From an uncultured Nitrososphaerales archaeon (GTDB lineage Archaea; Thermoproteota; Nitrososphaeria; Nitrososphaerales; Nitrososphaeraceae), in assembly GCA_963713605.1 (NCBI GenBank), contig CAVQMO010000010.1, positions 928,001 through 992,000 of the forward strand: DNA of 64,000 bases, written 5' to 3'. Made by a program: the position numbers and the translations under genes. Shown piece by piece: positions 12,001 through 23,299 of this stretch. Below the pieces are notes generated by a model. The model had not been told where the DNA came from. It ran no database searches and saw only the letters and a list, made by a program, of their open reading frames with translations. Position 1 is the stretch's first letter. Each line of letters begins with the position of its first letter.

Positions 12001-12419
12001 TTCTGTCTTCTAGGCCAACAATAAGACTGAATACCCTTTACGATTGTATAGAACGTGCTCCAGGGATTGTCTAAGAGATATAAATGCTGCATTAATCACT
12101 CCAAATACTACTACTCCTCCCCAGTTACTTTCTATCTTTTTTATATGGAAGGTAGGACCAAAACGGATACTCGTGCTAACCACACACGGGCATCAGTTTT
12201 TACAGGCGCCAACGTGTTCTTGGCAAAACAGAGTCAAAGTTTTAGCGCATAAAAGATTAGGGTTCCATCCAAAGCTTTCTGACTTAATCACTGCATTGAA
12301 ATCGGCTACAGAATGATGAATTTTCTTGAGATAAGACAAAATCTGCATTCAATGATTCGTTTGATAGTTTTAGGCTATCGCTACAATTCTGGCATTAGCG
12401 TATTCTGTATGCTTCTATT

Positions 12420-12806
12420 TCATCGCTTCAGTAGCTCTTTTGATTATCTCTACCCACCGAGATCGCCACTTAGGGGGTTCGAAAAGATTTGCAAAATAGA
12501 GTGTTTCATGGACTTTTTTTATTCTGAAACTCCATGATGGCTACGCCATTGATTGAATGCTCATTATCATTGCCATAGGTGGCAATCAATCCAGTAGTCC
12601 AGAGATTTCCATCTCCACGAATTCGCAGCATTTTATAGGTAACTTTAGTAGGGTAGTGTGCTCTGAGGTCGAATATGTTTTGCTTCCCCCGAAGTCGTTC
12701 GCTGGACTATGGAAATTCTACTACATTCATGTGCTTTCTTTAAATCATGAGCCATTGTGGCTTCCCAGTAATGGTTCAGTGTCGCACGTATTTCTTGGCT
12801 ATTCAA
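12420..12806 (-). pseudogene. SnoaL/NTF2-like protein pseudogene (not in the ORF track)
   Basis: LNSQEIRATLNHYWEATMAHDLKKAHE...VEFP*SSERLRGKQNIFDLRAHYP...RIRGDGNLW...IMEFQ...HETLYFANLFEPPKWRSRWVE; internal stop and indels. Confidence 0.7.
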
Positions 12807-13027
12807 TAACTCCTAACCATATCAGGACGCTGGATTATTAGTCTACCCTCTTCATTTTCAAAGTGATTGAACCGACAAGGCTTGGCAAATTAAATACTTG
12901 CGCCGAGGATCGCCATGGAGAACGGGCCCTGAGTTAAGTAGGCTCTTCTCGTTATTAGGATCGCCTGGCTAGTTATGAAGTGTGAAGTATGGAGAAGAGT
13001 AGAGTGGGCGAGTCGAATCATTAGTGT

Positions 13028-13432
13028 CTAATTACCAACAATATCGTCAGTCGATAATTCTTGATTACTACAACGATCTTCACAGAATTGTTCTAATGAT
13101 ATAGTGAATCCCACATGGGAACAATCGGGTAAGTCGCAATCGCTACAAAATGGAACGCCTTCTTTAATCTCAACATCTATTTCAGATCCCAAATTCCTAT
13201 CGTATAATATTGCCTGTTTGTCCTTAATGAATTTCCTTAAAATTAGAGGTGTATCCAAAGAATTAGTGGAATATTGTTGGTTATTCACTAAATCCAGCCA
13301 TTGCATGAAAGCAGCTGTTCCGTTGTCTAACGTACCTATCTTTAGTTCTACTACAGACCTACTTTGAAGGTTAGCATTATTGTCATTCCTTTTCTTATCA
13401 CTAGGACCATCACTGCCATCACTTTCTCCCAT
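13028..13432 (-). CDS. Hypothetical protein with C-terminal CxxC-x4-CxH metal-binding motif
   Basis: FCSDCDLPDCSHVGF. Confidence 0.6.
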   Translation of the reverse strand: MGESDGSDGPSDKKRNDNNANLQSRSVVELKIGTLDNGTAAFMQWLDLVNNQQYSTNSLDTPLILRKFIKDKQAILYDRNLGSEIDVEIKEGVPFCSDCDLPDCSHVGFTISLEQFCEDRCSNQELSTDDIVGN

Positions 13433-14635
13433 ACTAGTGCCTTCTTGGTTAAGCTATAAAATGATGTATTTGAACATCACTCCACTCGACATCAAAGTTT
13501 AAACAATTTCATACTTATTCTAAATTCAAATGGCTAAGATTTTTAGAAGATTATATAATAATATCATCCGATAGTTTTTTATTTTATTGGATTTCATAAT
13601 AATATATTGAGAGTAGAGAAGAAAACAGAGGGGAGTACTAGTCATTATGATGACCAAACAATTGAGAATTTAAAGAATTATTACAATGTAGAGGAGCATC
13701 ATTCTAGCGATCTATTAAGATTTATAAAAACGCATGGAACACGTCATGATTCTGATGATCGATAAGGCTGTAGGACTAGTCATCTATTCGACTCTATATT
13801 CAACTTGACTCTTTAAGATTATGTATTAGCGCACGATTTTGTTTCTAAAAACTGAAATCCTTCTTAGGCCGAATATTTCTTGGCAGTCAAATTGACTTTT
13901 TAATGCCATGCTCTCCTCTTGCAATGTTATTGGCATGCTAACTTGAATATCCTTTATCTAGCTGGTATCCTTGCTAAGTTAATTTGATTTAACACCGGAT
14001 CGGATTGACTGCTTTCCACGACACCCGGCGAAAGATTGTTAAGTCTAGAAAAGTAGATTCAACCAATTGAAATTAGTGTCTATTTGAATGGTTAGCATAG
14101 CATCCCCTACTCCCCACTGTATATGATGTCATCACCTTGTCTAGATTTCCTTCACTTTTCTCAATTGCAGAACTTAAACAGTTGAATCATAACATTGGCC
14201 AAACATAAAGATTTATGCCGAGTCTCCAACTATTCACTTTTCCATGGGAAATTTCGAATGTATATCCTTGCGTGACTCCTTCAGATAACTGGCATATAAT
14301 ACTAACTAAATGGAAACCAAATTGAGTAAATCACATTTAGATGTAAGAGTACGAATAGAACCCTTCAATTGATTTGTCTGACACTATGAAAACTAGGGTA
14401 CCTGCGGAGATATAGTCTCTGACAGGATCCGTAAGCCAGCCGAAAAGGGAATACACGATCCTCCAACGATTCTTGTACCTGATATAAATCCATGGTGATT
14501 GTGGTCTAGGAGGTAGTGAAGGGATGCAGAAATGGAATAGAGCCAACACATATGCTCGTGTTATGTAATTAGGTGATTCCATTACATATTTCTCTTTTTA
14601 AAGAGATAAATAGGACAGAATTGCTAGAAAATGCA

Positions 14636-14932
14636 ATGGTCTTTAAGGTTATTATCAAGTACCCAAGCGAAAAAAATGATGAACACACCTATTATGGAAT
14701 AGTTTTTCCTAACAGAGACATAGGTCAAATAAAACGACTTGAATATGTTTCACCCGAACTACAGGCCACATTTGAATTTGAGGAGGATAAAGTAAAAGTA
14801 AATGAGCATTTCCTTGCGATATTGGTGCCGGTGGATGAAAGTGAGATTAAGGAAGGCAACTGCAGTAAGCTTGCATGCAAGGTAGGGACGAATTCACCCG
14901 CCCACCAGCCAGAAGTAATTAATTTCCCATAA
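14636..14932 (+). CDS. Conserved hypothetical protein
   Basis: MVFKVII...CKVGTNSPAHQPEVINFP. Confidence 0.55.
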   Translation: MVFKVIIKYPSEKNDEHTYYGIVFPNRDIGQIKRLEYVSPELQATFEFEEDKVKVNEHFLAILVPVDESEIKEGNCSKLACKVGTNSPAHQPEVINFP

Positions 14933-15717
14933 TAAGTAAATACATGTCGAACAGCGATCATAGAATTACTACGCACAAATAAAGATTACTATTGGAATTG
15001 ACTTGATCAAATATGCTCTTTATTCAGGAACACCATACTTCTCCATTCGAAGCACTTGCAAACAACAATATTCGTACTTCTCTCGGGGATTGGCAAGACT
15101 TTGAAGGGTAAATAATTTCAGTAAATAGACAATATAAATTATTGAGGATCTGAGAACCGCCAACCCGGGACTTCAGAATAATGTGTATTAACCTAACAAC
15201 TTTGGATGCTTTCGGATGTAATAAACTTCGATTTCTATCAATAGATTGAATCATAAAATTACAATTCCCCTGCTTTATGAGGGAGTAGGTCGAAGTGTTA
15301 TGCAAAAATAGCTATAGCTGTACATATCGATTCTATTAAAACAGAAAAGAGATGGTTGTAGTAGTAATATGCTTATCAATTAATTAAGCCAAATCATGCT
15401 TAACGTCATTACAAAGACGAATGGATAGAGTCATACGTATGCTGCCTATATTTCTTCATATATGATATTTTTTGAACATCTTGAATTCGAAGGACAGTTG
15501 ATCGTTGTAGTTTGTTCTTAATTGTTGTTTTGGCTCTGGCTCTGGCTTTATTCATTATCCTGACTCTCGTATGAAGAATGGTGGGCACCTGCTATATTTA
15601 CAATTATTTTATGGCTGGGCTGAGTTTGAGTCTGACCGTCTAGAAATAAAGAAGCGTCTTAAAGATGCCCCAGAGATAAATCTATTGACATAGACACAGA
15701 CATTTCCACACTAATTA

Positions 15718-16608
15718 TTATGCTTCCAATATTTTAGCAATAGGATATCTTCTACTTGTCAGAAAACGGGAAATCAACTCAGCAATTAACTCGCCTTCCT
15801 CTTCCAGCGCGAAATGACCAGTATCCAACAAATGGATTTCAACGTTCTTTAGATCACGTTGGTACGGAATTGCACCTTCCTTAAGAAATATGTGATCATT
15901 CTTGCCCCAAACTACGAGCGTTGGTGGTTGATACATTTTAAAGTACTCTTGCCACTGGGGATATAATGGAAGGTTGGATCTGTAGTCATAGAATAGTTGA
16001 AGCTGAATCTCTTTGTTGCCTGGACGTTCTATGAGTGACTGATCAAGAACCCAATTGTCAGGACTTATTGCATTTTCGCTTCTCACCCCATGTGTATATT
16101 GCCATTTAGTTGCTTCTATAGTCAAAAATTTCATAAGGGCATCTTTGTTCTTTTCATTTGGCTCGGTCCAATAGGCTTTAAGAGGCTCCCAGAATTCCCC
16201 TAATCCTTCGTCATAGGCATTGCCGTTTTGTACTATCAGGGCTTCTATCTTTTCAGGATTTTTTACTGCAAGGCGGTATCCTATTGGGGCACCATAGTCC
16301 ATAACGTACATGCTAAATCTTTCCAAACCCATCTGTGCTATGAATTTGTTTAAGATCTCAGCCATATGGTCAAATGTATACTGAAACTCCTCTGCAGAAG
16401 GCATGGAACTATAGCCAAACCCAGGATAATCGGGTGCGATCAGATGGAATTTGTCTGCTAAGGCAGGTATAAGGTTCCGGAACATGTGTGACGAAGTTGG
16501 GAATCCATGTAATAATAGGATCGTCGGTGCATTCTCTTTATTCCCAGCCTCGCGATAGAATATTGTCTGTCCATCAATGTTGATGGTTCGATTTATGGTT
16601 TTCACCAT
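15718..16608 (-). CDS. Alpha/beta hydrolase (epoxide hydrolase/haloalkane dehalogenase-like)
   Basis: [26 protein letters not shown] (Asp nucleophile), TGHFALE. Confidence 0.9.
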   Translation of the reverse strand: MVKTINRTINIDGQTIFYREAGNKENAPTILLLHGFPTSSHMFRNLIPALADKFHLIAPDYPGFGYSSMPSAEEFQYTFDHMAEILNKFIAQMGLERFSMYVMDYGAPIGYRLAVKNPEKIEALIVQNGNAYDEGLGEFWEPLKAYWTEPNEKNKDALMKFLTIEATKWQYTHGVRSENAISPDNWVLDQSLIERPGNKEIQLQLFYDYRSNLPLYPQWQEYFKMYQPPTLVVWGKNDHIFLKEGAIPYQRDLKNVEIHLLDTGHFALEEEGELIAELISRFLTSRRYPIAKILEA

Positions 16609-16613
16609 GGTTA

Positions 16614-16666
16614 AGATATCTAGATATCTGATATTTATTTCTATCGATCTAGATATCTAGATATCT
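16614..16666. promoter_or_regulatory. Paired palindromic operator candidates AGATATCTAGATATCT in a divergent promoter
   Basis: Perfect 16-bp palindromes at 16614-16629 and 16651-16666 within an 86-bp intergenic region. Confidence 0.65.
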
Positions 16667-16694
16667 TTAATTAGTATAAAAGGGAAGGATTGGT

Positions 16695-17387
16695 ATGGTA
16701 AAGGACTTGTTTGTTCGAGGTTTCGATGAAAAACTTCATGCGAAGGCAGCCCAGATTGCCACTAGTGATAGTGTTACTCTCGCTTCAATTGTAACGGATG
16801 CTATTGACAAGTGGGTTAAAAATTACGAAAAAAATAAACATAGGCACAATTTGATTTTGTATTCTGATCAGATATCATTAAAGAAATTACTGGACGAAAT
16901 CGACAAGCTGGCCTCAGACAATTGGCTCAAAGCTTATTGTGGTCCGGCGAAACACTCTGGCATACAAATTCTGAATAAGAAAATGTGGGTTGATGCAGCA
17001 CGTGATTACTATGAAGAGTTAATAGAGAAACCACAAGAAACGGCGATTAAAGTTTTCGATACTATCAATGGCAAAATTGGGGATAGAAAAAGCAACGGTA
17101 ATAACAGAAATAATACGAATCTATTACCACTGATAATCACTTTCTTAGTTGAAGATATTTCTCGTAACGAGTCTGTAAAAAAGGCTGCAGGGGTTTGTGG
17201 GTGGTATGAAAGTAAATCTATGCCAGGAATTACTTACTGTATAGCAAACACAAGAACTGTTCTAGCCGGATCATTTGGCGATCTGTTTGAATTATTTAAT
17301 GCCCATAACGCAGTATTCCTGATTAAGAGTAACAAGATATATCGGTTGCGTATAGATGATGAACACTTTTATTCACTTCTAATTTGA
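16695..17387 (+). CDS. Putative ribbon-helix-helix regulator with a C-terminal alpha/beta (possibly MEDS-like sensor) domain
   Basis: KDLFVRGFDEKLHAKAAQIA...TLASIVTDAIDKWV fits an RHH pattern. Confidence 0.55.
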   Translation: MVKDLFVRGFDEKLHAKAAQIATSDSVTLASIVTDAIDKWVKNYEKNKHRHNLILYSDQISLKKLLDEIDKLASDNWLKAYCGPAKHSGIQILNKKMWVDAARDYYEELIEKPQETAIKVFDTINGKIGDRKSNGNNRNNTNLLPLIITFLVEDISRNESVKKAAGVCGWYESKSMPGITYCIANTRTVLAGSFGDLFELFNAHNAVFLIKSNKIYRLRIDDEHFYSLLI

Positions 17388-17508
17388 TCCAGTAAGTCCC
17401 ACTGCGTTACGTGAAGGTTTTAACATTATTTCGTGAAATGAACGATTTGCTAGATTCGCATTTGTGTTAAATTCATACCACCTTCAACAAACTGAAAGGG
17501 ATGTATCT

Positions 17509-17544
17509 GAGCCTGAAAATCATGCCAAAAATGGTTCACAAACC
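17509..17544 (+). repeat. Degenerate copy of the 45-bp dispersed repeat
   Basis: GAGCCTGAAAATCATGCCAAAAATGGTTCACAAACC. Confidence 0.5.
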
Positions 17545-17774
17545 AGTGGTTGGATTCAGTGGAATCAGTGGTAAGATTCTTCTAGCAGTTACATTAGTCA
17601 TAAATAACAAAGACTACCCCGAAAGGAATGCAGGTATTATAGACTTACAACAAGATGGAAGAATTGTTCGTTAAGACTAGTTAATTTTTAACTTGATTCT
17701 ACGAAGACTAAGAATATGTGATAATATAATTTTGAACTTTTTGCGCGCAAAAGTTGCGAAGCCTATTCATTGAA

Positions 17775-17996
17775 CTATGGAAATGGTATTACTGAAGGAA
17801 TTTTTTCCTCAATATTTCCTCTGTCATAGTCATCATCATTTTCGGTTTCTTCTTCTGACGACGATGAAGGACAATCCACTGGTGAAACTGTTTGGCGATT
17901 GCAATCTGTAGATCCCTGTACATCTACACTAGACACGAAGGCAAAATACCCCAGTAATACGAGAATAAATACTGGGATCCAATTGGGCAATCTCAT
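17775..17996 (-). CDS. Small secreted acidic protein
   Basis: Signal peptide, two Cys, acidic tract, ends IPSVIPFP. Confidence 0.6.
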   Translation of the reverse strand: MRLPNWIPVFILVLLGYFAFVSSVDVQGSTDCNRQTVSPVDCPSSSSEEETENDDDYDRGNIEEKIPSVIPFP

Positions 17997-18348
17997 TCGA
18001 TAAATCGGTACTAACTAACTATTAATATTTGACTTACCGATCATGAATCTATCTTAATCATATAGAAGATACATACGGGATGAATGCATTCGTATAGTGG
18101 AAATAGATTGATACAAATGTAATGACGCCACCTCCCTCCTTTTATCATTTTTATTAAGTGATAATTGTACTTCATGTGTGCGATAGTTGGCCACTGGCAA
18201 TGACAATAACTACCCAGGTGTGAAAATTGAAGTTATACGTGGAATGGAAATTATTACCAAGGCTACGCTTACTCGATTTTTCCCTTACAAAGCATTCAAT
18301 TGATTCGTGTCTAGATAAGGATAATCATAAAACAATAGTGACTCAAAA

Positions 18349-18800
18349 TCAAATAGTAACTGCAATAATAAATGACAAAAACAGAGGAATTAAGTCTAGG
18401 GTAATTACTGAAGCAGGACATTCGAGTTGATTGCATTTACGCAAATTGAAAGTTGTATGATTTTCATGTGCCTTTATCAGTGCAGGTCTAAGTTGTTTAT
18501 CAATGCTTAAGGAATCATTAGTACCACCAAGTTCTTTTACCAATGCACTAGACATGGCTTTCACATCAGTAGCATTTAATAACGATCCTGGTGCTGGTTG
18601 CGGTATATTGCCTAATTTTATATCATGATCTACTAATTGCTGAACTGATATCAATCCAGTGTGATTCTTATCCAAGACTTCCATAGTGTACAATAATGGC
18701 AGGATGACTTTTTGATTATAATACAAACTTCGAACGTTCTGAGCTACAGTTCCCATATGGATAATGTTCTTAATTCTTGTAGAGTTATCAATAGCAACTC
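18349..18800 (-). pseudogene. Internal fragment of an alpha/beta hydrolase, same family as 3555-4044
   Basis: VAIDNSTRIKNIIHMGTVAQN...GLISVQ...SIDKQLRPALI. Confidence 0.6.
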
Positions 18801-19061
18801 ACGGAATCACTAAAATAGACCGTCATTATTTACAGGTAGTCGAAAAGATAGAAGTTAATTTGGGGGCCCCGTCATCCGGACCTAATTTTAGGCCATCTAT
18901 GTTACTATGAACAGAAACACTTCTTAAGAATCAATCAATCAGGTTTTTCTAATATCAGTAATGGGCCCATTTACCATAGATGGTAAAGACTATTATTTGC
19001 TGAATAATAAATATTATCTGTTACCTAATAGTCTGTTGTAGTCTTCTGTCTGGCACATATC

Positions 19062-19301
19062 CTATGCCGTCGTTTCTACTTCTGTAATCCATTCACACTT
19101 TAATCCAAATCTCGCATGATGTTTTTCTATTGCTTCCTTATTGGGAGCATCAAGAAGACAAAAGAATCTGTCCTCCTCTTTATTGTAAAACATATTCTCA
19201 GGTTTGACACCAAATTCATCCACAGGAGCAGGCAAGGTCCATTTTCTTAAGGTTTCTTCATCAAAGCCTTTCATGGAATGTACATCCAGAAACTTTGGCA
19301 T
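19062..19301 (-). CDS. DUF4242 / SCO4226-like nickel-binding protein
   Basis: MPKFLDVH...FCLLDAPNKEAIEKHH...CEWITEV. Confidence 0.8.
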   Translation of the reverse strand: MPKFLDVHSMKGFDEETLRKWTLPAPVDEFGVKPENMFYNKEEDRFFCLLDAPNKEAIEKHHARFGLKCEWITEVETTA

Positions 19302-19878
19302 TCCATAATTCGCTCATTGCTAATATATTTAAACGTATATTTTTTGTAAATGTCATTACTAAGATTTAGCATTTTTTTAGACGACGGAGAGACTATAATA
19401 AGATCAGTACAGACTGACTTTCATGCATAACTGCGCAATTTCTTAGGTACGCCTCCATTATTAGTAAACTCCGGGTTCTTCCTTACATTGCTCCATAGTC
19501 TTACCATTTTTATATGCATGAACACGGCTATCACAACTATTTAGATTATTAGTTTTCTCCATAGATATACAACTAAAAATGGAAGGAATGACTAATAATA
19601 ATATACATTCAAGGGAGTACGCTTAATACTTCGTTCTAATATTTCCACGGATATCTTCTTAATTATGGGCTCATTCTCGATTACAACTCTTCTTCTCCCT
19701 GCCTTTCTTTACAATGTATCTGCTGGCAAGGTAAGCTGCTAAGGCGGAGGCAATTGCAATAGCGATTTTTCTCTTAATAGACAATATCTTATTAATATGC
19801 TCTAATGGACTTAATAATCATGATCTAAAATTGACCTATAGTTCTAAAGCTGATGAACTTATGGGACAATTCTTATAA

Positions 19879-20263
19879 TTGAATTCTAATATATTCGATT
19901 CAATTGCAAAAATGCAAAAGAAGAATCTAAATACATCACCTGATGAAACAAGAACATTCGAAAATGGTAGAATTGAGCTGGCGAATCTTGGTGACGTCAC
20001 AATTGGTCGAGCTATATTTCAACCAGGTTGGAGCTGGGAAAAATGTGTTAAACCCATTGTGAAAACAGATAGCTGCCAGGTGCCGGATACTCAGGTACAT
20101 TGTTTCTGGTAGAGTTAAGGTGGTAATGGACGACGGCGAAGAAGAAGAATTCGGTCCAGGCGATGCTGCTGTAATCCCACCGGGACACAATGCGTGGGTT
20201 GTTGGAAATGAACCTGTAGTCGGAATTGATTTTACTGGATTAAAAGAGTATGCCAAGACCTGA
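19879..20263 (+). CDS. Cupin domain protein; one frameshift near 20095
   Basis: FQPGWSWEKCVKP...SGRVKVVMDDG...GPGDAAVIPPGHNAWVVGNEP. Confidence 0.8.
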
Positions 20264-20460
20264 AGCCATAGGTAATAGACAATAGTCTATTTCCTATTTT
20301 TTGGAAAGTAATACTAATGGATACTAATGAAACTGTATCACTAGGCCGATGCCTTCTGTGTTGACTTCTGATATGGTCTTGAGGTTTCTTGATGTGTCCT
20401 GAATTTAAAGTTGCAGACTCGATAAATAAGCCGTCTTGCTCTTGGATTGTTCATATACAT

Positions 20461-20550
20461 ATAATACGCCGTATAGGACGTGTAGTGATGCCATTTGTGC
20501 TCATCGGACTTGGAATATATTTCCTAACGAAAGGGTTTCTCATTGGGTAG
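20461..20550 (+). pseudogene. C-terminal fragment of a cadmium resistance transporter (CadD-like)
   Basis: IRRIGRVVMPFVLIGLGIYFL...*. Confidence 0.55.
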
Positions 20551-20711
20551 TGTAGGCATCCGAAGTTAATCACTGCGCAGTTGAAGTCCGTGTCAGACTC
20601 CATATGTTATGGAAACCGCAGGAATCCGGGACTATTCAAGCAAACTTCAGTAAGTCTGCTGAGAGGTTACGTTTCCAACTATTCTAAATGTGCCTCAGAC
20701 TTACACAGGAG

Positions 20712-21029
20712 TTAAAACCAAGTGCCATTATTTTGACATTCTCTGTTTCCACCAGGCATGGGCACTACCGAACCTGGGCTGTATAGTTCACCTTTATACA
20801 AGCAATCTTTAGTAAACACTTCGTCTCCGCCAGGAGGTATATTTACAGGGAACGAATCGTTAGAAGGTATATTTATTCCCGGCGACAAAGATTGATTCAT
20901 TCCGGTTGGCGAGGCGAACTGACTTAATGCAGATTGAGGCATAATTGCCGCTGTCACAAGTGCAGCGAAAAATCCCAATGTGACTACAATCCCCCTCAAT
21001 AAATGGTTATCATTCACTTGGAATCTCAT
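20712..21029 (-). CDS. Small secreted protein with a DUF1496-like Cys motif
   Basis: Hydrophobic N-terminus; CLYKGELYSPGSVV...RECQNNGTW. Confidence 0.6.
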   Translation of the reverse strand: MRFQVNDNHLLRGIVVTLGFFAALVTAAIMPQSALSQFASPTGMNQSLSPGINIPSNDSFPVNIPPGGDEVFTKDCLYKGELYSPGSVVPMPGGNRECQNNGTWF

Positions 21030-21453
21030 CGTCTCACAATTTAGCGTACTGTCATACTAAAACTTTTCGACAGGGGACTAACTGATTCTTTGTTGATGTT
21101 TGGATATGATTAATCAATTTTAACATATTTCCATATGCTTTTGGATTTGTCGAACTCTCATCCTCGATGGTTCCGAATCCCACCGGCTCGTTTCCTATCC
21201 AATGATCTCTATACTAAATGAGACCTATGCATTATGATGAGTCGGCAGCTGGATATAATTGATAGTTTCCAGATCAATCAAGATACGATCACTCAGGGTC
21301 AACAATCAGGAGGGGGCCAAGATGGCCGATTTGATACATTTGTGCAAAGACCTCAGGAACAAAGGCTGGAAGATTGATAAACGGTCCGGCTCGATAAATA
21401 CGCCTGAACGGTACGGATCGTAAGATGTGTGAGCCCCGATCGAACAGAATGCT

Positions 21454-21552
21454 TCTGCAGTCGAAGACAGTTTAAGTAACGTGGATAAAGAAGCAACTTC
21501 ACATGATGACTGCTTTGATGCGTTCAGGTTATCTTTACAGTTTTGGTACTGA
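21454..21552 (+). pseudogene. 3'-terminal fragment of a terminase-large-subunit-like gene, copy 3
   Basis: SAVEDSLSNVDKEATSHDDCFDAFRLSLQFWY*; not in the ORF track. Confidence 0.65.
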
Positions 21553-21792
21553 TACCCTTTTGTTTATGAATCTTGACTCGCTATAACTAAATGTAATGAG
21601 GTAGATGTATAGGACTAGTGAGCCAAACGTATGGATCTTGTGACAACAACAACAACAACAACAACAACAAACTCGCAGCGACAACAAGAACAACAACAGC
21701 AAGGATATGGCCTTGGCACTAGAGGCCCAACTAGTACAAACAGTTGAAGAAGCACAAAGAGTTATCGAGAAGTACCACCTAATAAATAACAG

Positions 21793-22164
21793 TTAGCCGT
21801 AATAACACGTACCAGAAACCTCTTTTTTTAATATAGACGGATGAGTCTGCAGTTCTGGCATTGATCTAGGTCTTTGATACTTCGGTAAGGATGTCTCCAA
21901 CCGTGTCCTCACTGCAATCAGTCTAATCTTACTTAATGCTAGGATCGCATCCATTTCATCCATTTCGATACGGCGTGACGGACTGCCTTCCCTTCTGGAT
22001 ACTGTTACGATATAGCCATAAGCTTGATCATCGAAGTGGCATACCATAGAATTGATGATCGGATGATATGAACTAGGAACCAGGATGTCCTTGCAGTTCT
22101 TGCGACCTGATTTTACACTGTAAGCGTTACGTAGTCGTGGACTCCACGTCTTTCCAGAAATCAT
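21793..22164 (-). CDS. Hypothetical protein
   Basis: ORF overlapping the upstream ORF; no motif. Confidence 0.3.
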   Translation of the reverse strand: MISGKTWSPRLRNAYSVKSGRKNCKDILVPSSYHPIINSMVCHFDDQAYGYIVTVSRREGSPSRRIEMDEMDAILALSKIRLIAVRTRLETSLPKYQRPRSMPELQTHPSILKKEVSGTCYYG

Positions 22165-22543
22165 CCCATGTGATATAGGCCTTATCCCTTAGTTGTTTCC
22201 TACAAATATTACGAAGTCCTGAATCAAGTGGTATTGTGAAGGTGTTGTTGTGTTCGACCATGAGATCCGCTTCCACCAGAAGTCTATAAATCTCGTTATG
22301 GACTCGTTGATAAAATGGATGTTCTCCACTGAACTGGTATTCATTTACCCCCAACTGATCCAGAAAACCTCTAGCACACTCTTTGATCATATCTACACCA
22401 TGAAACGACGTAGGTTCGTTGGATATTATACGACTGCATACGCATTCTAAAATGCGACTCTTGAGCAGGTCAATATATTCCTCTTCATTCTTTTGTCCAC
22501 TTACTCCGTGTTCCATCGATCGGTTCCATTGCGATACTATCAT
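22127..22543 (-). CDS. Hypothetical protein
   Basis: 138-aa ORF divergent from the wHTH gene. Confidence 0.5.
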   Translation of the reverse strand: MIVSQWNRSMEHGVSGQKNEEEYIDLLKSRILECVCSRIISNEPTSFHGVDMIKECARGFLDQLGVNEYQFSGEHPFYQRVHNEIYRLLVEADLMVEHNNTFTIPLDSGLRNICRKQLRDKAYITWDDFWKDVESTTT

Positions 22544-22575
22544 TTATGGGCTTCTCTTAGTGATTTCCCTACCTC

Positions 22576-22851
22576 TTGCCCCAGCGTGACAAATGCACCA
22601 TTGTTAAAGATATTCTAGAGATAGTCCATACCACCACGCCTCTTTATCGCAATCAAATGAATCAGACGAGGATAGGCCACCATGCAAACCTGACGCATCC
22701 ACAAACCGTCAAGTATCTAAGGCAATTAGTAGACTTAGGGCTACTCATTTTGACGGATTTCAGGCCATTTTCATATTACGAAATCACTAAGATCGGTCGT
22801 CGATGTCTGCAGTTATTCGGCGAATTGGAAGATGATTTACGGCCTGTCTAG
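22576..22851 (+). CDS. Archaeal winged-helix transcription regulator (HTH_45-like)
   Basis: RDKCTIVKDILE...TRIGHHANL...KYLRQLVDLGLL...YEITKIG. Confidence 0.8.
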   Translation: MPQRDKCTIVKDILEIVHTTTPLYRNQMNQTRIGHHANLTHPQTVKYLRQLVDLGLLILTDFRPFSYYEITKIGRRCLQLFGELEDDLRPV

Positions 22852-22997
22852 CCACCAGATTCCCACCTCTGACTTTTAGCGCAGGCTAAGTCAGTTAACC
22901 TTTATTTAACTAGCATACAAATGCGTTACTATAAAGAGATAGTTGAGTATGGTGATGATTGGGGCTCGATTATTCCTGAACCTACCTTGAATCCCCT

Positions 22998-23042
22998 GAG
23001 CCCAAAATTTGGGTCAAAAATGGTTCACGCACCCATGTGCCC
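22998..23042 (+). repeat. Copy of the 45-bp dispersed repeat
   Basis: GAGCCCAAAATTTGGGTCAAAAATGGTTCACGCACCCATGTGCCC. Confidence 0.7.
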
Positions 23043-23299
23043 GTGGAAATATTACTTCTAAAATATGATTCTCTGATCAGAGTAATTGTCATCCAGCAAA
23101 TGACGTAAGTGGTTAAATACGGCGACCTATTCGCCAGTTTCATTCGGTATTGGTTTAGCGAAATGAACAATAGTGTGACCTGCAACAATCAACAGCAAAT
23201 CTGACAACAAATAACACTATTCTCTAGGAACATATGAAACAATTCAATTACAAAGTATGACAAAACCTTATCTATACCTGAAATGATTTAGTAAAGTAT

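Noticed and set aside
21169..21190. GGTTCCGAATCCCACCGGCTCG as a tRNA or tRNA-derived att site
   Set aside because: Imperfect T-loop, no pairing 5' stem or cloverleaf, and no second copy in the window.
21643..21700. (CAA)n microsatellite
   Set aside because: Low-complexity tract with no supportable function; similar short CAA runs occur at about 41216 and 56309.
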